The translations under genes were made by a program, and so were the position numbers. The notes below the pieces were generated by a model. The model saw nothing but the letters and a program-made list of their open reading frames with translations, was not told where the DNA came from and did no database searches. DNA of 64,000 nt from Schmidtea polychroa (Eukaryota): NCBI GenBank assembly GCA_044892525.1, contig CM097887.1, forward strand, positions 140,904,397 through 140,968,396. The letters are read 5' to 3'. Positions 23,734 through 34,321 of this stretch are shown piece by piece (positions within the stretch are counted from its first letter, which is position 1; each line of letters starts with the position of its first letter).

Positions 23734-26192
23734 TCACAATTTTACATTTTTAACATTTTCAGGTTTAATGTCACTAATCTTTTGAAGTTTTGCTAAAAAG
23801 AATCCATCCATATTGTTTTCGTGTGGATAATATCTTCTAGTTCTATCCATATTCTGATTGAAATGTTTAGTGCGGAAGCTGCCATTAAAATAATGATAAA
23901 GAATTAATGATAAAGAATTAATGATAAAGAATTAACGGTAAAGAATTAATGATAAAGAATTAATGATAAAGAATTAATGATAAAGAATTAATGATAAAGA
24001 ATTAATGATAAAGAATTAATGATAAAGAATTAATGATAAAGAATTAATGATAAAGAATTAATGATAAAGAATTAATGATAAAGAATTAATGATAAAGAAT
24101 TAATGATAAAGAATTAATGATAAAGAATTAATGATAAAGAATTAATGATAAAGAATTAATGATAAAAAATTAATGATAAAGAATTAATGATAAAGAATTA
24201 ATGATAAAGAATTAATGATAAAGAATTAATGATTAAGAAATAATGATAAAGAATTAATAAAGAATTAATGGTAAAGAATTAATGATAAAGAATTAATGGT
24301 AAAGAAATAATGGTAAAGAATTACTTGATAAAGAATTAATGATAAAGAATTAATGGTAAAGAATTAATGATAAAGAATTAATGAAAAAGAATTAATGGTA
24401 AAGAAATAATGGTAAAGAATTAATGATAAAGAATTAATGATAAAGAATTAATGATAAAGAATTAATGATAAAAAATTAATGATAAAGAATTAATGATAAA
24501 GAATTAATGATAAAGAATTAATGATTAAGAAATAATGATAAAGAATTAATAAAGAATTAATGGTAAAGAATTAATGATAAAGAATTAATGATAAAGAATT
24601 AATGGTAAAGAATTACTTGATAAAACCCTTTATCCCAAACAGGCCGGTTTCAGCAATTTTCACATTTCTTTTCCTACATGCATAATCAATAACCTGTTCA
24701 TTTTCTTCAACTAAAACAGAACAAGTTGAATAAACAACATAACCACCGACTTTACAAGCATCAATCGCAGAACAAAGCAACTGTTTCTGAATACAAGTCA
24801 AAGTCTTTAAATCGTCTTCGTTTTTAGACGCTTTGATAGATTTATCCTTAGAAATAACACCAGTTCCAGTGCAAGGCGCATCACATAAAACTCTATGAAA
24901 ATTTTTTACTTTCTTATGAATTGATCTGCCATCATTGCAAATCACAACAGTATTCATTACACCCATTCTTGATAGATTACTAGTGACCGCTTTTAAACGC
25001 TCTTTATTAATGTCGTTTGCAAAAATAATTCCTGTATTTGCCATTATTTGAGCTATATGACTTGTTTTCCCACCAGGGGCTGCACAGAGATCGAGGATCC
25101 TTTCACCTTTTTTTGGAGCTAAAGCCATGACAGGAAGCATGGAACTGCTACCTTGTAATATATAGCGTCCGGCTAAATATTCAGGAGTGGCCCCGATGGC
25201 ACATTTGGCAGAAAAAACAACCATTCCAACTTTACTGAACTGTAAACTTTCAACGTTACAATCTCGGTTTATTAAAGTTTCTTTCAATGCTCGACGTCTA
25301 GTCTTTAACGTATTTGTTCTAATAGTCATAGGCCTGTCTTCTTCACTTGCAACAAGGAACTTGAATAACTAAAAATTTCAAATATCATTAAAATTGAAAA
25401 TAATAAAATATTTACTTACATCGTTATTAAAAATATCATAAAATTTTTTAATTAAAAACTCGTTATATGAAAATTTTATGCATAAATCTTCTAAGAATTG
25501 GTTAACATAAAAAGTTCTTGACTGACTGTTTATATTTTTGCTTTGGAATAATTTATAATTTTGAAGTATATCCATGTTTGCCTTAATCCGGCAGTTGAGA
25601 CTATCCATATCAGTAACTTTTATCACATCATCGCCAATATTAATATTTGTTACTAATTGATCGTCATCCTTTTCTTCTTGTTCATCTTCAATTACTGATT
25701 CCATATCATTATCGTCATCGTTCGATGCATCACTTTCAACTAAGTTGTCAAAGTCATTTTCTTCTAACTTTTCATCATCTTGTACATTCTCATTTATATG
25801 CATCGTCTCTTCATTTGAAATGCTTAGGTCACTCATTTCTGCATCCGAACTTCCATTTTCGTTTAAATTTAAGGTTTCTTCTGTTGAAGAAATTTCAGAA
25901 CAATTTTTTTTACAATTCAATTCTTCGTTCTTTTCTATAATTTCACATTTATTTTTATTATTAAATCTAGATTTAATTCTCTTCTGTAATCTAGAAAGGT
26001 ATCAAATAAGTATCTAAAACTATATGAATACCTTTTCTTTTGTGCACTTCCCAAATTTTGAACTAAATTTAAATTTAATTATAAAATATTACAAGAAACA
26101 TTATTACTGCTCTTCTTTTTATTTTCTTTTAAAATTGGATCGGGTTGGCATTTAGGTTTTTTAGACTTACTACTTTTATCAAAAAACTTCAT
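23734..26192 (-). CDS. NOP2: 28S rRNA cytosine-C5 methyltransferase NOP2/NSUN1 (spliced)
   Basis: Start MKFFDKSSKSKKPKCQPDP at 26192, acidic N-terminal exon, core exon with RTNTLKTRRR, GATPEYLAGRY, DLCAAPGGKT, VLCDAPCTG and VYSTCS. Donor at 24616, acceptor at 23879, last exon NFRTKHF..TRRYYPHENNMDGFFLAKL, stop at 23734. Boundaries of the upstream exons are approximate. Confidence 0.95.
23890..24616. repeat. 14-bp satellite (GATAAAGAATTAAT)n, about 50 copies, filling the last NOP2 intron
   Basis: Directly visible tandem array. Variant units recur with a period of about 290-305 bp. Confidence 0.97.
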
Positions 26193-26404
26193 GTTGAAAA
26201 ATTAAAACATTTAATATTAAAACAAACTTTTTTATAATAATTTGCAAAGTATGAGCGAATTTTAAAAAGATTCTAATAACATTTTTAATTAATAAATTAA
26301 AAATAAATAATAATAATAATTATCAATAAAGATTGAATGCCAGAGGAGTTCTTACTGGCAATGTTATATCAAATTTTTGTTTAAAGCTTCCCCTGTGATG
26401 ATGA

Positions 26405-28680
26405 CAGAGGAACCAAAGTATCCCCAACAATTATAAGCTTAATAATGTTAGCATATATGAACATTTGTTGATGATGTTCAAGTATTCTTGGTTTATTAAT
26501 ATCATTTGATTTTTCCTTATGTCATTTCCCTCTAATCCAAGTGTTTTTGTCAAATTTTTATCAAATGTAACTTCACAAATGCCATCATTCAAATTGAAGA
26601 TAACTAATGAATCTTTCGCAATTTCCAAATTTTTAAATATGTGTATACAATTCAAGTTTATCAAAATATAATTAATCAGCAAACATTAATGATCTTTCAA
26701 CTTCATCAATATACGACAATGATATTTTGATTTCTTCTTTCATTAAACTGTTCTTTTCCAATAACATCATTTTTCAACTTATTGCAGCTCTTTTGTTTGG
26801 CATCTACAATATTTTCGAATTTTATTGTAAACGGTTTAAAATAACAAATAATATATATTCCGTCCGTGTAAAACATGTGACAATTGGGATCTAGCACCTG
26901 ATTCGGAATATAATGTTTTATCAAAAATACTGATAAAAGAGAGTACACTTGATGATTTCAGCACATTCCTTTTGAAGTAAATCTTACATTGACTATAAAA
27001 TAGGAATGTGTTGTACATGAATATAAAATCTTGTAATACATTTCCCCAATTACCATATAGAGAAATCAGATTTTGAAGATTGACTATAATTTTGCTGTCT
27101 TGATTGTCTATATGAATTAGCGGACAATTTTACTATTGCTTTTACTATTACCTGATAAAATAGTGTAGTAGAATGTTATTTTTTAGTATTGCTGTGAGAC
27201 AAAACAGAACCTATATTAGGCTTTGTCTCCACTCTCATTCCTGCGTCTTTAATGACGTAAAACAAAATGTTTTAAAAAAACTATATAGCGTAATAATAAT
27301 AAAACGAAAACTAATGAAAATATAAGAAATCAATAAAAGAAATTACAAACTTAAAAAGCCATAGAATTCTGATACCTAGTGACAATCGAGAGGAATAATC
27401 AAAAACGAATATTCAACAAACCAACTTTAATCAGAGAAATCCTTTGAAAATTAAATCGTATCAAATATACTTTGTACCCAGTGACAATCGAGAAGAATAA
27501 TCAAAAACAAATATTCAACAAATCAACTTTAATTAGAGAAATCCTTTGAAAATTTGATCATTAAATCGTGTTAAATATACTTTGTGTCCTGTAACAATCA
27601 ATAGACTATGTTGAAATCCTTACTTATACATTAATTATTATTTTTTAGAAACTCCTCAAACTAACTCAAAATTAACGTTATTATTTGTTTTTTTATAATC
27701 AGTGGCTTCAGATACCTGTAGAACTATCTCTAATAACATAAAGTGTGCTCGAATAAAAGTTTTAAAGTAATATAATTGTTATATAATCTCTTACGTTTTT
27801 GGTGCCCTACTTCGCAATATCTACCGGAATACAATAAATTCCTCTGACCCAAATTACTAGCTACCTAGCCATCCCAGGTTTGGTTTAGCCAAAATATTCG
27901 GACATAAACAGGTCGCATATTAATAAAAGTGTTTGTTGATTACGTGGTCTATTATTAGTTCTTTTTTAATCACTCGTTTTTGTAAACATTCATACGAGGA
28001 CATTTATTTTTTACGCACACCCACCACAATTTTTTATCAGTGACTCTATCGGATTCATCTGCTCTCCTTACACACAATATTGCACACTTCATAAATATCC
28101 AAATACACAACTTCGAACGCTATTACATAAATATCTAATATCAACATAAATATAAATATCTAAGTATATACTATCAAACATAACAACAAATTGTATAGAA
28201 ATTCACTTTACTAGATCTTTTGCTGATATCCATGTTGGGTTTTGATACCCGTGCTTTTTGACATAGTATTGTTAATCCTTACCATACTTTTTAATTTTTA
28301 TTATTTTTTGAATTCTAAATACTTTTATTTGAGAAACCACTTGCAATTCTTGTTCATAAAATTTACCAGTCAATTCATTATTATCATAGTCTTTAATGAC
28401 ATACATTAATGAATACTGTTTAGTATTCATTTTTGAGATTATAAAAACTTCAATACTCCAGTTTGTTTCGAAATTATTTATGAATGGATATGCACTAATT
28501 TTACTAATTCTAACATGATCACAGATATAATATTTTGGTTTTTTTATTTTTTTCAACCTTTTTTGAAAGCTGTATATCAATAGATTATTTTGATGAAATA
28601 TCTACATACAAAACATTTATCCGTGTCTTATTACAATCTTTTCAGTTTATCTCTCAAGGTCCCATTAAATATTTCAACAG
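26405..28680 (-). mobile_element. Maverick/Polinton fragment L: integrase C-terminus + chromodomain, then penton/minor-capsid-like ORF, interrupted by an insertion of about 1.1 kb
   Basis: VEIFNGTLRDKL..., YICDHVRISK...NWSIEVF...GKFYEQELQ...YYVK.HGYQNP.WIS. The second ORF resumes at about 27055 (W...LQDF..MYNTF) and ends at HHQQMFIYANII..IIVGD..VPL. Confidence 0.85.
27590..27810 (+). mobile_element. Possible short LTR plus primer-binding site inside the insertion in Maverick fragment L
   Basis: Starts TGTAAC at 27590, has an internal AATAAA, ends ...TTACG and is followed by TGGTGCCC at 27800. No second copy in the window. Confidence 0.3.
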
Positions 28681-28685
28681 AATCC

Positions 28686-29822
28686 TGTAATGTATGTCAT
28701 CAAAGACAATGATAATAATATTGTACAAGGGAAATTTTATGAGCAGGAATTACAAGTCATTCCTCCCCCAAAAGTATTTAGAATTCAAAAAATATTGAAA
28801 ACTAAAACGGTCGGCAAGGATAAACAATACTATGTCAAATGGCATGGTTATCAAAACCCGTCATGGATATCAGCAAAAGACCTAGTAAAGTGAATTTTTA
28901 TACTATTTTGCCGAGCAATAGTTGCCCATTAATTCATCCAGACAATCAAGCCAGTAAATTCATGGTCAATCTCTAGAATCCGATTTCTTTAAATGGGGAC
29001 TGGGAAGTTGCACTGCAAGATTTTACATTTGTGTACAACACATTCCCATTTTATAGTCAATGTAAGATTGATTTCAAAAGAAATATTGTGAAAACATGTA
29101 GCGGTATCTTTGTTATCAGTAATTATGATAAAACATATCATATTCCGAATCAAATATTAGATTCGCATTGCTATATGTTTTACAAGGATGGATTAAATAT
29201 CAGTTGTGATTTTAAACCATTTACAATAACATTCGAAACTATTGAAGATGCCAAACGAATGGGTTGCAATTAGTTGAAAAATATTGTTACGGATACCGAG
29301 TATTTATTACGTTTTAATCTATTTGAAGCAAACAGTATAGTGAAAGAAGAAATCAAAATATCTGTGTCGTATAATGATGAAGTTGAAGAATCCTTTACCT
29401 TTGCTGATGAATTATATTTTGATAAACTTGATGATTTACTTAAATATTTAAAGTTCAATTGTTCACACATATTTAAAAATTTGGAAATTGTGAAAGATTT
29501 GATGTTTACCTTCAGTTTGAATGATGATATTTGCGAAGTTACATTTGATAAAAATTTGGCAAATTCACTTGGATTAGATAAGCAAAAATATCGAGAAAAA
29601 TCGACTGGTATAGGCAAACCAAGAATACTAGAACATCATCAACAAATGTTCATATATACTAACATTATCGAACCCATAATTGTTGGTGATTCCAGTGTTC
29701 CTCTTTTGAAATCGGTATGGATTGGCAAATATGAACATGATGAAGTTGTCAATATAAATATCGATAATCCCATGTATTTACCAATAGCAAGTTCATGTAT
29801 AAACAATATAGAAATAAATATT
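28686..29822 (+). mobile_element. Maverick/Polinton fragment R: integrase chromodomain end plus penton/minor-capsid-like ORF
   Basis: QGKFYEQELQ...FRIQKILK...YYVKWHGYQNPSWIS, then FYTILPSNSCP..PDNQASKF...PISLNGDWEVALQDF and MFIYTNIIEPIIVGDSSVPLLKSV...NPMYLPI...IEINI. Confidence 0.88.
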
Positions 29823-29859
29823 GTTTATACATTATATTATACCCTAACCCTAACCTTGA

Positions 29860-30421
29860 CCTTGACCTTTGATATAAAAAATATTTTCTCGGGGAGGGGG
29901 GTATGTGGTCCAGCGGAGTCCTGGTCTAGCGGTGCCCCATCCATCTACCTATTTTTAAGCGTTATCCTTCGAAATTTTTAATAACATAGGGTCTTCTCCC
30001 CCTTTCGGATATATATGGGTACTTCATCCACTTCATTTTCCGTTCTGATTTCCACCACTATGGTTTTCTCTTCATTCGCTGCTCGTAATGTTTTCCACAT
30101 GAAGTCGTTTGGCAACTTCCAAGACGTGAAATTTCTGAGTTTCTACCATACTTTATTGTCATTCCTCAGTACTTATACTGCACCCTTGATCACATGAAGA
30201 TTATATTCTTCTTTCTGTGACAGCTCAACTTTGTCTGACAACATCAATTACGAATTTCTCATTATGGTTAACATTCGGGTTTTCATTCTTTTATCGTCCT
30301 TTCGCAAATAATTTGGGATTTGTAGGTTATCATTCATTCGGTATACTTGTTGTCCGGCATAATTCTTCTGCATTTTGACGAAACTGTCGTATGTGGATCT
30401 TGTCCATTTAACTTATTCCAT
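29860..30421 (-). pseudogene. Decayed unknown ORF (ORF-D) downstream of cassette copy 2
   Basis: One frame runs about 185 codons with scattered TAA/TAG stops and no obvious frameshift (..KWTRSTYDSFVKMQKNYAGQQVYRMND...WKLPNDFMWKTLRAANEEKTIVVEIRTENEVDEVPIYIRKGRRPYVI). It is GC-richer than its flanks. Confidence 0.45.
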
Positions 30422-30828
30422 TTTTGCTAAAATAGTTATAATTAAAGTTTGAAATTAATTTATTTTTAAAACTAGGGTTGAAATGAAGTAACCGAAGTAC
30501 CCACCCACTAGCAGTAAAAATAAATAATAATAATTACCTGTTCATTTGAATAAATGTTGATATTTGTTTTCAAAATTAATTTTGTTTAATAATTTAACCC
30601 GCCTTTAATACCTTATCAAAATTTCCCTAACCATTTTTCTCTTCCCTTTAACACAACGCTAACCAATCAAATTGATGCTTTCATTTCATATTGAAAAGTT
30701 CCAATTCACAAAAAAATAAAATAAAATAAAATATTAATTATATCCATAAAATATTTCTACTACATTACTACTACTACTTTATCAATTGTGCATGCAAAGT
30801 ATTTATGTCTTACTACACAAACGTTTCT

Positions 30829-31262
30829 TCATAGACAATCCAAGGTCTCAATCTCGGATCGATTCCTAGAAAATTTGGGTATTGTTCTAAATTCAATTAA
30901 CACAATGATGATGAGAATAATGAAAAAAGTTGTTATAATGAGAATAGTGGGTAATAATGTTACACACTCAATTTCATTGTCAGTTTTTAATGACGATATG
31001 GTTTCGTTATTGGTCATTGACGCATTGATGTTTGAAAGTGGTGGGTTACAGATAGTCAGACATCTTACCCTTTCGTGCTGTTTCCAGCGTAACCCAGAAT
31101 ACAAGATTGATCCTACCAATTGATACCCGATGAGTAATCATCGTTGGTAATGTATCAACTGGGTGAGTACTCGCAAAAAGTGAGCGCACTACTTGCACTA
31201 TAATTGTCGGGTACTCTTTGGGTCCACGGACTATTGATAGGAGATATATGTCCGATTTCACT
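30829..31262 (-). pseudogene. Unannotated cassette ORF-C, copy 2 (frameshifted), with C-terminal hydrophobic segment
   Basis: YLLSIVRGPKEYPTIIVQVVRSLFASTHPVDTLPTMITHRVSIG, then (frameshift) LYSGLRWKQHERVRCLTICNP...VTLLPTILIITTFFIILIIIVLIEFR. Confidence 0.72.
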
Positions 31263-31535
31263 GGTCCCTTGAATCTATTGTTTTTCCAAAATACCACAAC
31301 GTTTCCATGGCCCGCATCTGTAATTTCAGGGCGCGTATTTCGGTTTTGTCCTGAACGCTCTGGAGCTGCAACTGCTCGATCTGCTTTAAATGTTTGTGCA
31401 CCACTTCGGGACGAAACCAGGTTTGCTCCATGTTCCGGCTGCGTTCTTTAAACTTGTTGATGCTGGATTGAAGTCGCTCAACCTGTTGCTGAGCCTGCTC
31501 TCTATCTTTTCGAAGACTTTCGAAAAACTTGTACA
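31258..31535 (-). CDS. Unannotated cassette ORF-B, copy 2 (3' part probably deleted)
   Basis: YKFFESLRKDREQAQQQVERLQSSINKFKERSRNMEQTWF..VHKHLKQIEQLQLQSVQDKTEIRALKLQMRAMET, preceded by TTTAG|TG. Confidence 0.75.
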
Positions 31536-31744
31536 CTAAATTATAACATACTTAATGGCATCCCCAAAACTCAACTCTCTACCCTGTGCACAATTAAAAT
31601 AAGATAATTCATTATGAAGGGTAAACCAATTTTATTTATTAATAAATGATATAGTATAAACTAAAATGTCAAGGCAATAGAACACAAAGCAATCACAAAA
31701 GGAAAAATTCTTATTGTTATTCTTGTCCAATCACACGTCCGTAT

Positions 31745-32116
31745 TCAACTGTGTGGAGTTGTATTGCGGGGGCGTCCGCGTTTTCTTCCCTTCCCCGGCT
31801 CCCTTTCGGCCTCCTCGATAGACCGACCGCCTTCGACCGCTCGGAGCTGGGATTGAATCCGCCGGAGTTTACGTTTAGCGGTTTCAACGACGTTGATAGC
31901 TCGATCCCGAGCCTCCACCAGCAAGTTATTGCATGGCTCCGTTTTTACCCATGCAGGTGCCTCGGGTTCCGGCCCACTGCGAATCACGGGACCCCAGTTG
32001 TCGAGATCCAGGCCCCGATTCCAATCGTGGATTCGATACCATATGTAACGAGTACGAAGCCGAGTTATCATTGCTTTGTGTTGGTTTAATGCCCTATCCG
32101 TACTAGATTGAGACAT
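31745..32116 (-). CDS. Unannotated cassette ORF-A, copy 2, intact 123 aa
   Basis: ATG-to-stop ORF containing LRTRYIWYRIHDW, AKRKLRRIQSQLRAVE and a basic C-terminus (GRKRGRPR). Homologues at 8319-8698 and 56011-56340. Confidence 0.8.
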   Translation of the reverse strand: MSQSSTDRALNQHKAMITRLRTRYIWYRIHDWNRGLDLDNWGPVIRSGPEPEAPAWVKTEPCNNLLVEARDRAINVVETAKRKLRRIQSQLRAVEGGRSIEEAEREPGKGRKRGRPRNTTPHS

Positions 32117-33575
32117 TTTTGAAGTTGGAAATTCACATAATAAATTAAATAATGTGTCGATTTTCTTACAATGTTGATAGGATTAAATAATTGCACCTAT
32201 TCTAATTAAAAATTACAATTTTATTAGTTATCTAACTACGTTGCGAAATAAATTGTAGATCAGATTGTAACTTAAAATTCAATTACAACTCAATTTGTAA
32301 ATCAAATCTTAAAATTGTACATTAACTTTTTGACACATTTAACATTTGTTTTAACTCGGTAAATTATTAAGATATAAATGGGATTCTTTCAACGGGAATA
32401 TGAAATTAGTTCATAACTTTGTTGAATATGAATCATTATATTTCTGATATATCAGGTTCATTTTGCTTCGTAATATGTGATTTATATATATTGTATTTCC
32501 AGAAGTTCTTAGATATGAATGAACGTTACTGCTGTCCTGCAACCATTCAATGAGGCCGGAATTTATAACGCAATCGTTAATCATGACTTCTCTAATTCTC
32601 GTTCCTACAATTATCCATCTTTCCTAGAACAAATGCTATTGCTCAGAACAAGGTGATTATCTGGCAAGGAAATATTTAGTCATTGTAATTCTCGGTGTTT
32701 ACATGTGGCGCGAATTTTATCAATTCTCTCGTATCTGAAGATTAGGAAATTGTGGTGCCATCCAAAATTGTCCACTGCACACTCGGGAATTGCTAGAACG
32801 AAGTTCAATTGCATTGCCAAGCACGGTATGATGTGACTGCTGTGGCCGCCTCAAGATCAGGGTTGCAATCAAACTCAGTTTGCTCTATTATCGAAAGAGT
32901 TTTCAATCTTCAATTTGATGGAAAATCGGCGTTACGGTTGTGCTTTTATTGATTGGGTATGATATTTAGCATGATAATTTACACAATAAAAGTTCTTATC
33001 TTGTTTAGTTATTTATTCATTTAATTCCGATTCTATTCATAATAATTAATACTGATAGTAGTAATAATAATAGTAATAATCGCAATGACAATCATAATAA
33101 CAGCAATAATGAGAATAATGATAATAGTAATAATAATATTGACCATGTTAATGCTAAAGATAATAATGAGAATAATAGTAAATGCAAATTTATAGTGTTT
33201 CAGGATTATAGGACGGTTAGCCATAACCTTAATTCTTGTTATACAACTTGGGGTGATTTTATTTTTGTAAGATTATCTTATATATACACCTACGCACCCA
33301 CACATATATATATATATATATATATACCTCCGTACACACACACATATATACATATACTTTAGGTTATTAATATTGACGTTGTTTTCTGGGGGGGGTTGTT
33401 TTTAGAGATTTACTTAAATATTATTGGAAAAAAAATTCTAAATTAAATTTGTCATTAAGGGAATCCTAAAATCAATAATTTGGCTTATAATTTTATTTTA
33501 TTAATTAAAGATTATTTTAATAAATTATATATACCAACATATACCAATAATAGTAAGTGTGAAAGTGTTATTACC

Positions 33576-33627
<52 letters not shown>

Positions 33628-34108
33628 TTAACAACGATAATAATAATAGGGGTAGATTTATATTCCAATGAGATTTCCACACATGGGGGGTCATAAAATT
33701 AATAGATTATATTTTTAAATGAACTATAATTTAGTCCTATATGAGCATGATATATAATCTATAATTCTAGAATTAATATAAGTTGAATATATTTGAAAAA
33801 CAAATTAAATAAGTAGTTTCGGGTAATCATTAATGGTTATATGATCTGGGGGGAGGTCATTTATAAAAATTTTCAAGTTATTTTTTTGGAATATAATATA
33901 AGTGGAATATACATTAGGATAAGATGACTTAGCGCCTTTGGGAAATGGTAATGACAGTATGATTTTGAGGGGTGGGGTCATTTATAAGATTACAAATTAT
34001 AAATTTTACTAGAATTACATCTTAATGAGTAGCATATACAAGTAGTCTTAATATAAATAATTTTATACTAAATACGATAGGGTCAAATTGTAAAATTATA
34101 GCTTAGGT

Positions 34109-34321
34109 CAGTGTTTCTCAAACTATGGGTCGCGACCCATTTTTTGGTCGCGAAAGAATTTTTGGTGGGTCGCGATGACTTATGGAAAGATCTACAAATA
34201 TAAATTTTGGAAGTTTAAGCCTTTTAAATTTATTTAATCTTTGTCATGTGGGTCGCAATAAAATTTTTGGCATGAAATGTCAAAAATTTGGGTCGTGATC
34301 AAAAAAGTTTGAGAACCACTG
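34109..34321. mobile_element. hAT-type MITE (213 bp)
   Basis: TIRs CAGTGTTTCTCAAACT / AGTTTGAGAACCACTG, with a perfect 8-bp TSD GCTTAGGT at 34101-34108 and 34322-34329. Confidence 0.92.

Noticed and set aside
23890-24616. Possible CRISPR array (also considered for 46627-46995 and 17887-18110)
   Set aside because: These are head-to-tail tandem repeats without unique spacers, there are no cas genes, and the context is eukaryotic.
29860-30421. Stop-codon reassignment as an explanation for read-through frames with TAA/TAG
   Set aside because: Host genes end in normal TAA/TGA. Stops in decayed copies align with Arg or Trp codons in intact copies (CGA>TGA, TGG>TGA), which indicates mutation.
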